Part shown: one piece after another, positions 26,660-38,483 of the stretch | Numbering within the stretch: the stretch's first letter is position 1 | Layout of the letters: every line of letters starts with the position of its first letter | Source of the DNA: Mobula birostris | Lineage: Eukaryota | Length of the DNA stretch: 64,000 nt | Reading direction: 5' to 3' | Assembly (NCBI RefSeq): GCF_030028105.1 | Contig: NW_027274036.1 | Span: forward strand, 310,001-374,000 | Notes under the pieces: generated by a model | Database searches by the model: none | Told to the model about the DNA's origin: nothing | The model's input: only the letters and a program-made list of their open reading frames with translations | Position numbers and translations under genes: made by a program

Positions 26660-29600
26660 TAATAAGTGTTGCCGAACGATTTGGAAGCTGCTGATTGGTT
26701 GAACTTTTGTCAGTCAAAGGGTTTAAACAACAGTTGAAGTCACCTCCCATCAGCAGCATATAATCATTTAAGTCTGGTAATAAACCAAATACATTTTTTA
26801 AAAAAGGATCATCTACATTAGGTCTGTATAGATTAACCAGGACAATTTTTCTATTACAAATTGTTCCTTTAATAATTAAAAATCTATCATTATTATCTGA
26901 GACAATGTCTTCTTGAGTAAATGAAATATTAGATTTAATAAAAATAGATACTCCCTTTGTTTTATTTTGACAAGTAGCATGGCATTGAAGGCCCTTTCAT
27001 GTTTTAAAACATCTATTTTGATCGCCGGTTCTGTTATGCGTTTCTTGAGCAAAAATTATATCGGGCTGGAATCGATTAAAAGTCTTCCTTCACTTAATAG
27101 GGTGATTCCAGCCATGTACATTCCAACTACTAATGTTTATCTGTTTAAGTACCATTGGATATTATTCTTAAACACGACAATACACACATACCATCGCGGG
27201 CTAATCACAATGGCGGTGAATAGGAAACGCGCATGCTCCGGAACTCCATCGTGTGAAAAACATAGAAAGTGTGTGTGAAAAAAACCCACAATAAATCTCA
27301 AAGTACAAAAATACCCCCAAACCTCCCACCACCCCCAAAGAAGGAAATCCGGCAAAAGAGAGAAAAAGCCGGAACGCATCCCCAAGAAAAGAAAAATAAG
27401 AATGGAATTCTGCATGCCGCTCAATTTAAATAATGGTTAAAAATTTTTTCTCCCAATTCCCCCCTCCCCCTTACAAAGAAAATATGTAACCTTAGGATAA
27501 GAAAGCCCAGCAAAGAAAAAAATGTTTATACTTAATCATTGAAAATAAGCTAAGGGAATGCGAAGACAGCCTCCAAAAACACCAAAACAATACTATTAAC
27601 CCAAGCAGTTTAATCTCTGAAGAGAAAAAAGCAGCGCCATTATTCTTCAACTTACTGCCTTATTTAACAAAAAAATTAAAGCTAATTATCTATTACTAAA
27701 CACTCAATAATATAAGAAAACAGTCTATATAAACTTTAAGCAAACTATCACTTAATTAATAAAGAAAAAGAAAAATAGAAACATAATCAAACCAGTTCAC
27801 AATCTATCTGCTGTATTAATTCACTCCATATACTAAACAGTCTTCAAAAAAAAATCATTCTTAAGTCAAACCATGAAGATCACCTCTTCTTTAAGTAATC
27901 CATCGATCAAAAAATATCTTCAGCATACCGAAATCTTCAAAACCTGTTTTCTTTCAGAAAATTATTCGAAGACTCTAATATCCTTCAGACATCAGCGCAT
28001 TCCACAATAGAATTGCTAAAATCCGATGGCGCTTGGGGATCCAAGAAGACACGAGGGGTAGAATCTTTAGGAAATAACTTTAGTCTCGCTGGATATCTCA
28101 AGGATGGAAAAAGTCTTTTTTCGTGAGTGATCTTCATGACCGATATGAATTTGATCCGCTGTTCCATAACTTCCCGTGGATAATCTTCATAAAAACGGAT
28201 CTTGAAACCGTTAAATTTAAAAACTTTCTGTTTTCTTGCACATTTTATGATTTGGTCTTTAACTTTAAAGCGAAGAAAGTTGTCTAAAATTGGTCGAGCT
28301 TTATCTGACGAAGTGAAAATTCTGTGAGCTCTTTCAATATCGGGAGGCTGAGATAGAATATCCGGGAACAGAGATTGAAACAGACTGGCAAAATAATCCA
28401 ATAAATTCCCATTTTCGGAGCCTTCCTGAAGACCCAGAATACAAATGTTATTCCAACAAGACTTTGCCTCTAAATCGACAATTTTGCGTTAAGCCTGTTC
28501 CAATCGGGTTGAAATATCCACAATCTAACGTTTCGATTCTTTAAACTCAGTATTCAAGGAAAGAATATTTTCCTCAATAGTCTGTAAACTCTGTCGGAAT
28601 GACTTCAACTCAGAAGTGTTATTGTTCATTTTGTTTTTGAGACCCATCAACGCACGTTCCAAATGCTCAGTCCAGACAGGCATATCTTCTGATTTTTCTT
28701 TTGAAGTTTTTCCCTTTCCATTGCTGGGTTCAAAAGGCTGTTTTCCACTTCTTAAAGGATACGACATAATGACCACTATTTCCCTCCAAGACCCAGAAAG
28801 TAAAAGTTGAATAATTCAAGGTTTAAACTGGGGAAAAGGAGGAATTAAAGGCAGCCACAAAATTTATGTTTTACTCCATTGAGCTACAGGTGGAAGTCCG
28901 GAAGCAGAGTTGAAGTTGGTGGCTACTGGGAGATCCTGTCTGTTGTGGAGACGGAGTGGAGGTGCTTGACGAAGCGGTCCCCCAATCTGCGTCTGGTTTC
29001 ACCGATGCAGAGGAGGCCGCACGGGGAGCACCAGATGCAATAGATAACCCCAACAGACTTATAAGTGAAGTGTTGCCTCACTTGGAAGGACTGTTTGGGG
29101 CCCTGAGTGGTGGCAAGAGAGGAGGTGTAGGGACAGGTGTAGTACTTGCGCTTACAGGGATAAGTGCCGGGTGGGAGAGCCATGGGGAGGGACATGTGGA
29201 CCAGGGAGTCGTGGAGGGACCGATCCCTGCGGAAAGCGGAGAGGGGTGGAGAGGGAAAGATGTGCTTAGTGGTGGGGTCCTGTTGAAGGTGGCGGAAGTT
29301 GCGGAGGATAATGTGCTGGATCCGGAGGCTGGTGGGGTGGTAGGTGAGGACAAGGGGAACTCTGTCCCTGTTGTGGTGGAGGGAGGATGGGGTGAGAGCT
29401 GAAGTGCGGGAAATGGAGGAGATGCGGGTGAGGGCATCATTGATGACAGCAGAAGGGAAATCATGATCCTTAAAGAAAGAAGACATTTGAGATGGCCTGG
29501 AATGGAAAGCCTCATCCTCGGAGCAGATGCGGTGGAGACGGAGGAACTGGGAATAGGAAGTGGCATTTTTGCATGTGGCGGGGTGGGGAGAGGTATATTT

Positions 29601-30089
29601 GAGGTAGTTATGAGAGTCAGTGAGCTTGTAGAAGATGTCAGTGGACAGTCTGTCTCCAGAGATGGAGACCGAGAGATCAAGAAAGGGGAGAGAAGTGTCC
29701 GAGATAGACCAAGTGAATTTGAGGGCTGGGTGGAAGTTTGAAGTAAAGTCGATGAAATTGACGAGCTCAGCATGGGTGCAGGAAGCAGCGCCAATGTAGT
29801 CGTCATTGTACCGAAGGAAAAGTTGGGGAGCAGTACCAGAATAGGTTTAATTCATTAAAAAGTAGCTCCTTTGACACACACCTGACGCTGATTGTCCAAC
29901 TCAGGGAAAAATGGCTTGAAGCTCTGCTTTTTAAATCTTGAACACAGACCCAACTAAAAGGCAGCTCTTTCTACGCAATGCATCTTGCTGATTGGTCACT
30001 CTTCAACTCAGAGAAACTGCCATGAAACTCTGCCTTTGAAAGCTCGATCACTGCTCTGATTAAAAGGCACCACCTTACCCAAGGGCATC

Positions 30090-30436
30090 TCATCTTCTTT
30101 CTGCTACCAGCGAGCATGAGGTGCAGAAGCCTTAGGTCCCAGACCACCAGGGTCAGGAACCATTAGGCTCCCGAACCAGCATGGGTAACTTAACTCACCT
30201 CAACACTGAACTGATTCTGCGACCTACAGACCAAATTTCAAGGTTTCTATTCAGCTCATGTTCTCAGTATTTCAGTTTATCTCCTTTAGCACATTGGTTG
30301 TCTGTTGTATAGTTGTCTGCTTTTGTATATTTTTTCATAAATTATATTGTATTTTTTATTTCCTGTGAATGATTGCAAGAAAATGAATCTCAAGGTAATA
30401 CACCATGTGGTGACATAATAATAAAATTGAACTTTG
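30090..30436 (+). mobile_element. Rex/L2-like LINE 3' end (degenerate)
   Basis: Similar to ~45670-46010. Shares the gcaagaaaatgaatct(c/t)aaggta motif and ends in an AATAAA-containing tail. Confidence 0.4.
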
Positions 30437-30899
30437 AGCACAGTTCTGACATCTAAATCACCACGAGAGGGCAGCAAAGCCTCAGATTTAATAGTGAAGT
30501 AAGACTGCGATGTACAGTGCATAGCAGACGCCAGACACAAGAGACTTGCTGGAATCTGAAACAATGAAGAAGAGCTCCTCTCTCCATCTGTACTGCCCAT
30601 CCCACAGAATCCCATCTCTCAAAGCACTGCTCCCTACTACAGAGCAAAGCCAAGGGATCTTCCCAGTGAATTTGCAGAGACATGGCTGGTGGCATTTTTC
30701 CAGTGTCCTAAGAAGCTGTTTTGAATTGTACAGGCTGGCCAGAAATATTTCCTGTGATCTTGTGCCAGGTATGAGGTCTCAGATTTTCTAGTTTCATCTT
30801 CTTCCTCCACAGATTATAATAGTGCTTTGAAGGTAGTGGTGAATATGAATATTGACAAACACCCTGGTTGAGAGGTGGCTCGTGGGAACTACCTTGGAA

Positions 30900-31200
30900 A
30901 TGTTGTTCTTAATAGAAGAGAACCCCCCCCAACTCTCCAACTTTCCCCCTCTCCCACCCACTCTCGCTCTATTCATCTCACACTCTTCCACTCTCCCTCT
31001 CTCCCACTAACCTCATCTCCGACTTTCCTTCTCTCCCACATTCCCTCCGTCTCTCCCTTTCTCCAACTCTCCCACATTCCCTCCATCTCTCCCTTTCTCC
31101 AACTCTCCCACTCTCTCTCTCTTCCCCTCTCCCTCTCTCCCATTTCCCTCTTTTTCTCATCCTCCCTTCCTCTCCCTCTGCCCCCCTGTCCTTTTTCCTG
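30900..31200. repeat. Polypyrimidine/polypurine low-complexity tract with short tandem units
   Basis: Almost all C/T on the plus strand; repeats such as ctctccctttctccaactctccca at 31050-31110. Confidence 0.8.
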
Positions 31201-31231
31201 CCAATCGAGATAACTGTCTGCACACACCCAG

Positions 31232-31306
31232 CCGGCAGAACAGCCAGGAGGCTTCGTGCCCGCGCAGTTATTCTACGGCAATTACGACAGCCGGCGCAGT
31301 GCTCAG
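31232..31306 (+). other. CpG-rich candidate exon or promoter element
   Basis: cacacccag|75 nt|GTGCGT. Frame 0 reads PAEQPGGFVPAQLFYGNYDSRRSAQ with GC-rich third positions. CCAAT at 31201 and GC-box-like ggaggcgggg near 31433. Confidence 0.3.
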
Positions 31307-31937
31307 GTGCGTTGGTTGTTGTTGATCGACAGCTTCATGTGTAGGGAAATGGCATCGCGTGCAGACGTTGACAATGGACAGCCAAGGGAAGCGAGGGAAC
31401 TGGAGGGGAAAGCGAGGCTGAGGCATTTGGAGGGAGGCGGGGTGGGGGTTTGAGGGAAGAGGACTGATCCCTCTAGACTGCGGGGGTGCGGGGCCATTCA
31501 GTAACTAAAATACTCCTGTACATATAGCCTTTGTTGCCACACAGCTGGAATTTTCTTTTATTATAATGTAAATATGAAATACTCTGTAATTACGTGTCAA
31601 TGAATGTAATCCATAGATTTTCTGAATAATATACTTCTGCAACATCTACTTTAAAGCATTTTAGAGCTCCAGAGTGTTTACATTGTCAGTGTTTCAAGTT
31701 ATAACACTATTACAAATTGTAACAGTAAACCAGAACGGAAGTCTGTAGCTCATTGTTAATGAACCACTGGCCAGTTGAACGCACCATCTAGTCCAAACAT
31801 TTTGTCATTGTACTTGTCAGTTGTTTTGACTGTCTGACATAATTTGTTTTGTGAGTTGGGGTTTGTGTTTATTTGACGTGCATATTACAAAAAATGTTTA
31901 AAGTACCGCACAGTCCTCAGGCTGTGTAAAAATCTTC

Positions 31938-34315
31938 TGTTCATAATCAATGGTTGGTCTGCACAGTGTAGTGGTAGTTAATCATGTTACTCCTATGCTA
32001 CTCAGTTAGCCACTTCCTCATGGAGAAGTTCACATATTCTGCAAGCAGTGTTGTTAATAAAGTTAGGTTGCAGCCAATGCGGTGTCAGAAGTGGTTGATT
32101 GTCGATGAGTTGGTGCTACAGACCAAGTGAGATCCCTAACAGGAAAGAATTTACAGTAAGACTATTCTTGTTCGCAAATATTTATGAAAAATATCAGAGA
32201 CTTGACTGCCTATGATGGTTTCTAACACATAGTTTGTGAGCTGAGAAAGAGCAAGGGTTTCTAGGCAACACCTTCAAGCTGCACCCAAAAGTGGATACAT
32301 TGTAATAATCTGTGAGCTCCTAGCCTGGGGAAGCGCACAGAGGCACAGACACAGCAGAGAAGTCAGAGAAGTCAGTCAAACTCTCAAGAAGAGAAAATAA
32401 GACTTTTGTAGTCCAAATAAATAAAATAATAAATAAACAAACACACAGGAAAATGGAGCAAGTACCTTCATCTTACCTAATAAAGAGCCCCGGTACATCA
32501 TTTGATTTCTCTAAACCAGGGGACTTTGAGTGATGGCTCAAATGCTTTGAGATATTTTGGGTTGTAAGCAATCTCACTCAGGCTTCAGAAGTGCATCAAG
32601 TAAGCCCACTGATATACTGCATGGATGACAAAGCAGATGACATCTTGGGTGGATTAGGCCTGAGAGATGCTCAGTAGAAGGAGTACAAAACAGTGCAGGT
32701 CAAATTCAAAGAATGGTTCACGGGAAAGCAAAATGTGATATATGAGAGGGCAAAGTTTAACTCCAGAAAGTAGGAGTCTGATGAAAGTGTAAATGACTTC
32801 ATCACAGCATTGTGTGCCCTGTCAGACAACAGTGTACATGGAAATCTGAGAGATGAGCTCATTAGAGGCAGCACGCATAAAAGTTGCTGGTGAACGCAGT
32901 ATGCCAGGCAGCACCTCTTCCTAGAGATGCTGCCTGGCCTGCTGCGTTCAGAAGCAACTTTTATGTGCGTTGCTTGAATTTCCAGCATCTGCAGCATTCC
33001 TGTTGTTGTCATTAGAGGCAGGATTGTTGTTGGGCTACTAGACACCAAATAGTCAGAGGGACTTCAGTTGCAGGCAAATCTGTCACTAGAGAAAGATATT
33101 ACTATGGTTGGGCAGAGTGAGAATGTTTTTCAGCAACAGGCAGAACTCAGGCACGAAAACGATGCCAAAGTAAAGCTAAAAGCTGTACTAGAAGAAGGGT
33201 ACAAACAAGATGCAGTCAGAAAGACTACAGAAAGAGGTGACAGTAGAGCTCAGCTTAAAGAAAACAGACAAACAAAACAAAGAGCAGATAAAATGTCCAT
33301 CTGCAGGAGATGCTTCAAGTCTCTGTCCATCAAAAGAAGTAAAATGCCACCAGTGCAAATGCCATTTTAAAAGGCAGTGCAACTCGAAAACAGTTCTTCA
33401 GGAGGTCAAAAACCATTATTCAGACAAAGAGAGAGTTTTCCTTGGAGATCTAGACTGGTGTACTATGGTTCAGTTGCAAAATGAGGCAGTGATGATCAAA
33501 ATAAACACTGGGGCAAATGTCACAGTCACCCCCAAATGTCTTTTCACAAAACTGAAGAAGAAAACAGGCACTACGCTAAACATAGCGAAGCAAGTTCTCG
33601 GGGGCCAGGGAAACATAAGCTTAGTGTGAAAGGAATGTTTACTACTTCTGTCTGTATAAATGAGGATATCTGTGTTGTTCAGAATCTCTTCTCACTACTG
33701 CTAGGATGTCATGCCATCAAGAAGCTGAACCTGATTGCAAGGTTGGATTCGCTAAACAACATTCAGTGGCAGGAGAAGTACCCGGGGTTGTTCATGGGCC
33801 TGGGGGTACTGAAAGAAAAGTACTTTATCCAACTGAGGCCAGGAGTGATGCCCTACTCTCTGACCACAGCAAGGTGTACCAGTCCATTGATGAACAAAGC
33901 TAAAGCTGAACTTGAGAGAATGGACCTTGAAACCATAACCAGAGTGAATGGACCGACTGACTGGTGTGCGGGTATGGTTCCTGTGCCCAAGTTGGATGGC
34001 ACAATGAGGATCTGTGTTGATCTAACAAAATTGGATAATGCAGTGAGGTGGGAGCAGTTTATTCTGCTCCTGGTTGAGCACACAATAGATATGCCAGGTG
34101 GAGCAAAGTACTTCACCAACTAGATGCAAACTCACTGTTCTGACTGATCTGTTTAACTCCTGAGTCATTGAAGCACACAACCTTTATCAGACCTTATGGA
34201 TGGTTATGCTTTCAGGAGACTCCCTTTCAGCATCTCATCAGCCCCTGAACTCCTTAAAATGAGGATGAGTGGAACTTCGGAGGGACTGGAAGGAGTTGTC
34301 TGCCACATGGATGAG
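31938..34315 (+). mobile_element. Gypsy LTR retrotransposon relic 1 (5' part: LTR/PBS, gag, protease, RT start)
   Basis: PBS-like GGTGTCAGAAGTGG at 32081. gag from 32454 (FDFSKPG..QVSPLIYCMDDKADDIL); protease-like INTGANVTV; RT PTDWCAGMVPVPKLDGTMRICVDLTKL, FRRLPFSISSAPE. Truncated at VCHMD. LTR start is tentative. Confidence 0.8.
32872..33009. mobile_element. 138-bp PLE-derived hairpin insertion
   Basis: ~48-bp inverted arms (32871-32918 and 32923-32973) matching the PLE terminus at 16716-16810. 12-bp TSD CATTAGAGGCAG at 32860-32871 and 33010-33021. Confidence 0.82.
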
Positions 34316-34440
34316 AATCAGTGGGTTTATAATAGACATCAGGAGACAGGGACACGGAGATTGAGAAAGGGGAGGGAGGTATTGGAAATGGACCAGGTAA
34401 ATTCAAGGTCAGGGTGGAAGTTGGAGGCAAAGTTGTTAAA
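34316..34440 (-). mobile_element. Short PLE RT fragment
   Basis: Minus frame ..SLSPDVYYKPTDSH matches PLE RT motifs at 15980-16216 and 29600-29750. Confidence 0.6.
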
Positions 34441-34904
34441 TCAGCTGAAATGAGCTTTGCTGATGTCATAAATATAATGCAGGAACACTTAGAGCCGAAA
34501 CCATCATTGATTGGAGAACACTTTAGCTTTCATAAGCGGAATCAAAACAAAGGGGAGTCCATTTCAGTGCATGTTGCTGAATTGAAGAAGTTGCCTGAGC
34601 ATTGTCTGTTCAGTGATGGGTTTATTGATGGACTGAGAAATCATTTAGTTTCTGGAATCTCACAAAAAAATCATTCAAAAAGGCTCCTACCTGAAACCTT
34701 CTCATATTTAAAGGAGCGGTTGAAATTGCTGTATCAAAGGAAACAATAGAGTTGCTGGCAGGAATGAAAATAAGCATGAACAAAATTGTAAGGTCTAAAC
34801 AGAAACCCTCCTGGCCTAACTAATTGTGTTGCTATTGTGGCTGGGGGTGACATACACCAGATCAATGCAGGTGTGAATTCTTTAAACCAAGCATCACTTA
34901 CTAG

Positions 34905-35866
34905 ATCTCGATCTATATGATGGGGTGGTAAATTGGATTAGTAAGTATGCAGATGATACTAAGATACGTGGAGTTGTGGATAATGAAGTAGGTTTTCAAA
35001 GCATGCAGAGAGATTTAGGCCAGTTAGAAGAATGGGCTGAAAGATGGCAGATGGAGTTTAATGCTGATAAATGTGAGGTGCTACATTTTGGTAGGACTAA
35101 TCAAAATAGGACATACATGGTAAATGGTAGGGCATTGAAGAATGCAGTAGAACAGAGGGATCTAGGAATAATGATGCACAGTTCCCTGAAGATGGAATCT
35201 CATGTGGATAGGGTGGTGAAGAAAGCTTTTGGTATGCTGGCCTTTATAAATCAGAGCATTGAGTATCAGAGTTGGGATGTAATGTTGAAATTGTACAAGG
35301 TATTGGCGAGACCAATTTTGGAGTATTCTGTACAGTTTTGGTCACCAAATTATAGGAAAGATGTTGACAAAATTGAGAGGGTACAGAGAAGATTTACTAG
35401 AATGTTACCTGGGTTTCATCACCTAAATTACAGAGAAAGATTGAACAAGTTGGGTCTTTATTCTTTGGAACGTAGAAGGTTGAGGGGGGACTTGATAGAG
35501 GTATTTAAAATTATGAAGGGGATAGATAGAGTTGATGTGGATAGGCTTTTTCCATTGAGAGTGGGGGAGATTCAAATGAGAGGACATGAGTTGAGAATTA
35601 GGGGGCAAAAGTTTAGGGGTAACATGAGGGGAAACTTCTTTACTCAGAGAGTGGTGGCTGTGTGGAACGAGCTTCCAGCAGAAGTGGTTGAGGCAGGTTT
35701 GATGTTGTCATTTAAAGTTAAATTGGACAGCTATATGGACAGGAAAGGAATGGTGGGTTATGGGCTGAGTGCAGGTCAGTGGGAGTAGGTGAGAGTAAGC
35801 GTTCGGCATGGACTAGAAGGGCCGAGATGGCCTGTTTCATGCTGTAATTGTTATATGGTTATATGG
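34905..35866 (+). mobile_element. 5'-truncated CR1-type LINE inside Gypsy relic 2
   Basis: Open 287-aa ORF 34925-35788 (KYADDTK..RPILEYSVQFWSP..RGNFFTQRVV), then a (ttatatgg)n tail. Confidence 0.9.
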
Positions 35867-37001
35867 TTACTATGGACACACCATGGACACACAAGTATTA
35901 CACCAGTGTGCTGAGAAAATTCAAGCAGTGGTGGATGCCCCAAGACCACAGAACATGTCACCATGGTGGTCAAAGTAGTGTGAGGTTGTTTTCCAAAAGA
36001 TAAAGGAAATGGTGATGTCAGACACTGTACTCACACTTTATGATCTACACCATCCAGTGAAGCTTACCTATGAGTAGGGGTGCAGTCATGTTACATGTTA
36101 TGAGTGGTGGACGTGAACACTGCATAACCTTTGCATCACGTTCCCTTACCGCTGCACAGATTGACAGGGAGGCTTTGGGTCTGGTTTGAGGTGTAAAACA
36201 TTTCAACCAGTATTTGTATGGGAGAGAGTTTACTCTCACTACTGATCATCAACCACTAGTGTCCATTTTCAATCCACAGAAGGGTGTTCCACTAACAGCA
36301 GCAGCATAAATGCAGAGATGGACTCTGTTACTTAGAGAACACAATTACAAGATCAAATGCAAGAGGGCAACTAATCATGAAAATTCTGAGCGGTTGTCCT
36401 GTTTTCCCCTGGAAAAGGAAATAACTGAAAAATTTACAAAAGAAGACACTTCTCTTGACGTATTATTCCATAATGCAAATTGAAGGTCTCTCTGGTACGG
36501 CAGAGATGATCCGTAGAAACCAGAGAAGACCCCATACTGTCTCAGGTCTACATGGCAACCCAAATTGTCTGGAAGGTGCAACAGAGACTCCAGTTTCCCC
36601 ATTTTTACCAGTGCCAGCATGAACTTGCCCTTGATGGGTGTGCCTTATATGGGGGTTGCCAGCTGTTGTACCATCCAAACTGAGAGCTAAAGTATTGGAG
36701 GAGCTACATGCCAGTCATGTAGGCTTGGTCAAGATGAAAGCATTGGCTTAAAACTTTGTCTGGTGGTCTCGGATAGATCAAAAGATAGACTCACTTGCCA
36801 TGCACTGTATGGGATGCCAACATGTCCAGAAGATGCCAGAGCTGTGTCTCTGGGAAAGGCCTGCATTGCAGTGGCTGTCAATTCATGTGGATTTTGCTGG
36901 GCCATTCATAAGCACACATTTCTTGGTAGTAGTGGATGTACCAGAGGTGTTCCCAGTAGACTCGACTACAGCCTCGCATACTGTTGATGTGTTGGACTGG
37001 T

Positions 37002-37430
37002 GTTCCAGAACAGTCAGTCAGTGAGAATGGACCACAGTTTGTTCCAGAACACTCAGTCAGTGACAATGGACCACGGTTTGTTCCAGAGCACTCAGGCAGT
37101 GAAAATGGACCACAGTTTGTTCTGGAACACTCAGTCAGTGACAATAGACCACAGTTTGTTCCAGAACACTCAGTCAGTGACAATGGACCACAGTTTGTTC
37201 CAGAACACTCAGTCAGTGAGAATGGACCACAGTTTGTTCTGGAACACTCAGTCAGTGACAATAGACCACAGTTTATTCCAGAACACTCAGTCAGAGAGAA
37301 CGGACCACAGTTTGTTCCAGAACACTCAATCAGTGAGGATGGACCACGGTTTGTTCCAGAACACTCAGTCAGTGAGAACAGAGCACAGCTTGTTCCAGAA
37401 CACTCGGTCAGTGAGAATGGACCACAGTTC
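37002..37430 (+). repeat. 39-bp minisatellite, 11 units, inside the integrase
   Basis: Consensus gttccagaacactcagtcagtgagaatggaccacagttt, translating as VPEHSVSENGPQF x11. Confidence 0.95.
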
Positions 37431-38266
37431 GTTGCGGAACACTTTCAGTCATTCTGAAAATGAATGGATTAAGACATATTACATCTGCCCCTACTACCCA
37501 GCTACAAATGGCTCAACAGAGAGGTCTGTCCAGAGTCTAAATAACACACTACGAGCAATGCCAGCAGAACACATTGCACTAACACTGAATCAGAAGCTCT
37601 CCAATCTCCTCCTTGCATATCACAATGCCACAAACTCCACCACCAATAACCCACCAGCTGTGCTGTTCCTGGATCATCTTTTGTGCTTATGCTTGAAACT
37701 CCTCAAATCTAATCTCAGAAGGAGTATGCAGGACAAACAGCTGAGACAAATTGAAGGTTCCTCAAACAAGGAAGTTCAAAGTTTCACTCCCGGACAAGAA
37801 GTCCTAGTGAAGGACTGCAGAGGTGATCAAAAGTGGGTACTTGTAAAGATTAAGACAGAAGTGGACCACTCTCCTACACAGTGGAGATTGTGCCTGATAT
37901 CATTTGAGATGATAATAAACCTGATTCTGATTCTGATTCCGATCAATTGCTAGAGAAGAAAGGTGCCCAGAGCTGTTAGAAGCACATTTTGCAGCTCCAG
38001 AGTCAACTCCTACAATCACCATGGAGAAGGCCCCAGAACTTGAGATTGTTTCACAACCACAAATCTCAGCTGCCAAGCAGATGAGATTGTCCCACCTCCC
38101 TGGACAGTACAGGTGTTATCCCACCTGCGTACAAAATCCTCCACAGTATTTGTATTATATCATAGACCGGATGTTAAAGATAACTAGCGAGCAATATATT
38201 ATATTTCATATTTGATTTGAGATGTATTCTATATTGAGTTGGAGTTTACAGCTAAGCAGAGAGGAG

Positions 38267-38483
38267 TGTAGTGTATTCAATATTTGAGTAATATTGTAAA
38301 TATATTGTTTGATTAAGCATTTGTTGTTTACATAATTCATTCTGTAAGAAGTACATGAATGACAGACAAAATTACATCACCACATCATATGTGAATGCCT
38401 CACTAAAGAAAAACTAAGTTAACAAAACATCCTTGCTCCTGTGTTTTTCATTCGATTAGTTCATGGATTTACAAACCATAACA
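38267..38483 (+). mobile_element. Probable 3' LTR of Gypsy relic 2
   Basis: Follows the purine tract agcagagaggag, starts TGTAG and ends AACA. No matching 5' LTR in the window. Confidence 0.5.

Larger units (their letters stand above)
18822..28899 (-). mobile_element. Full-length L1-clade LINE, inactivated, with three internal insertions
   Basis: 5' end GGACTTCC at 28899. ORF1 fragments 28525-28776 and 27985-28401 (PPDIERAHR..IRFYED). ORF2 starts at 27155 (INISSWNVHG..QETH); RT QTGFIKGR..SLDAEKAFDRVEW; C-terminal CDRCK..THMFWSC; ends at 19193. AATAAA and an A-rich tail. 12-bp TSD GGAAGCAGAGTT at 18810-18821 and 28900-28911. Confidence 0.92.
18312..29853 (-). mobile_element. Penelope-like element (~1.45 kb) split by a full-length L1
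   Basis: 28912-29853 encodes the RT C-terminus, linker and GIY-YIG start (VIYCIWCSPCGLLCIGE). 18312-18821 continues in register (HSHSDMSIHGLLYCHDEAKL). Direct repeat ATTAAAAAGTA at 18301-18311 and 29854-29864. Confidence 0.87.
12937..30080 (-). mobile_element. Host CR1-type LINE (5'UTR, ORF1, part of ORF2) fragmented by nested insertions
   Basis: Repeated 5'UTR units at ~18200-18300 and 29900-30080. ORF1 CTVCGMWE..CTRC (17907-18116) and esterase-like ADSLVRG..CFPGA..HIGTND (17135-17656). Endonuclease VLYFNVWSIRNK to VIYRPPN is split by a PLE. RT start DKSPGPD, PLFKKG..GNYRP continues into 12937-12978. Confidence 0.8.
34440..38483 (+). mobile_element. Gypsy LTR retrotransposon relic 2 (gag piece, RNase H, integrase, 3' LTR), heavily deleted
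   Basis: gag QEHLEPKP..FHKRNQ..ESISVHVAELKKL. RNase [30 protein letters not shown]. Integrase LHASH..WW..HCMGCQ, IHVDFAGP, SDNGPQF, YPATNGSTERSVQ. Polypurine tract followed by an LTR. Confidence 0.85.

Noticed and set aside
37002-37430. CRISPR-like array (39-bp periodicity)
   Set aside because: Units are contiguous with no unique spacers, lie in frame inside a retroviral-type integrase, and there are no cas genes; the context is eukaryotic.
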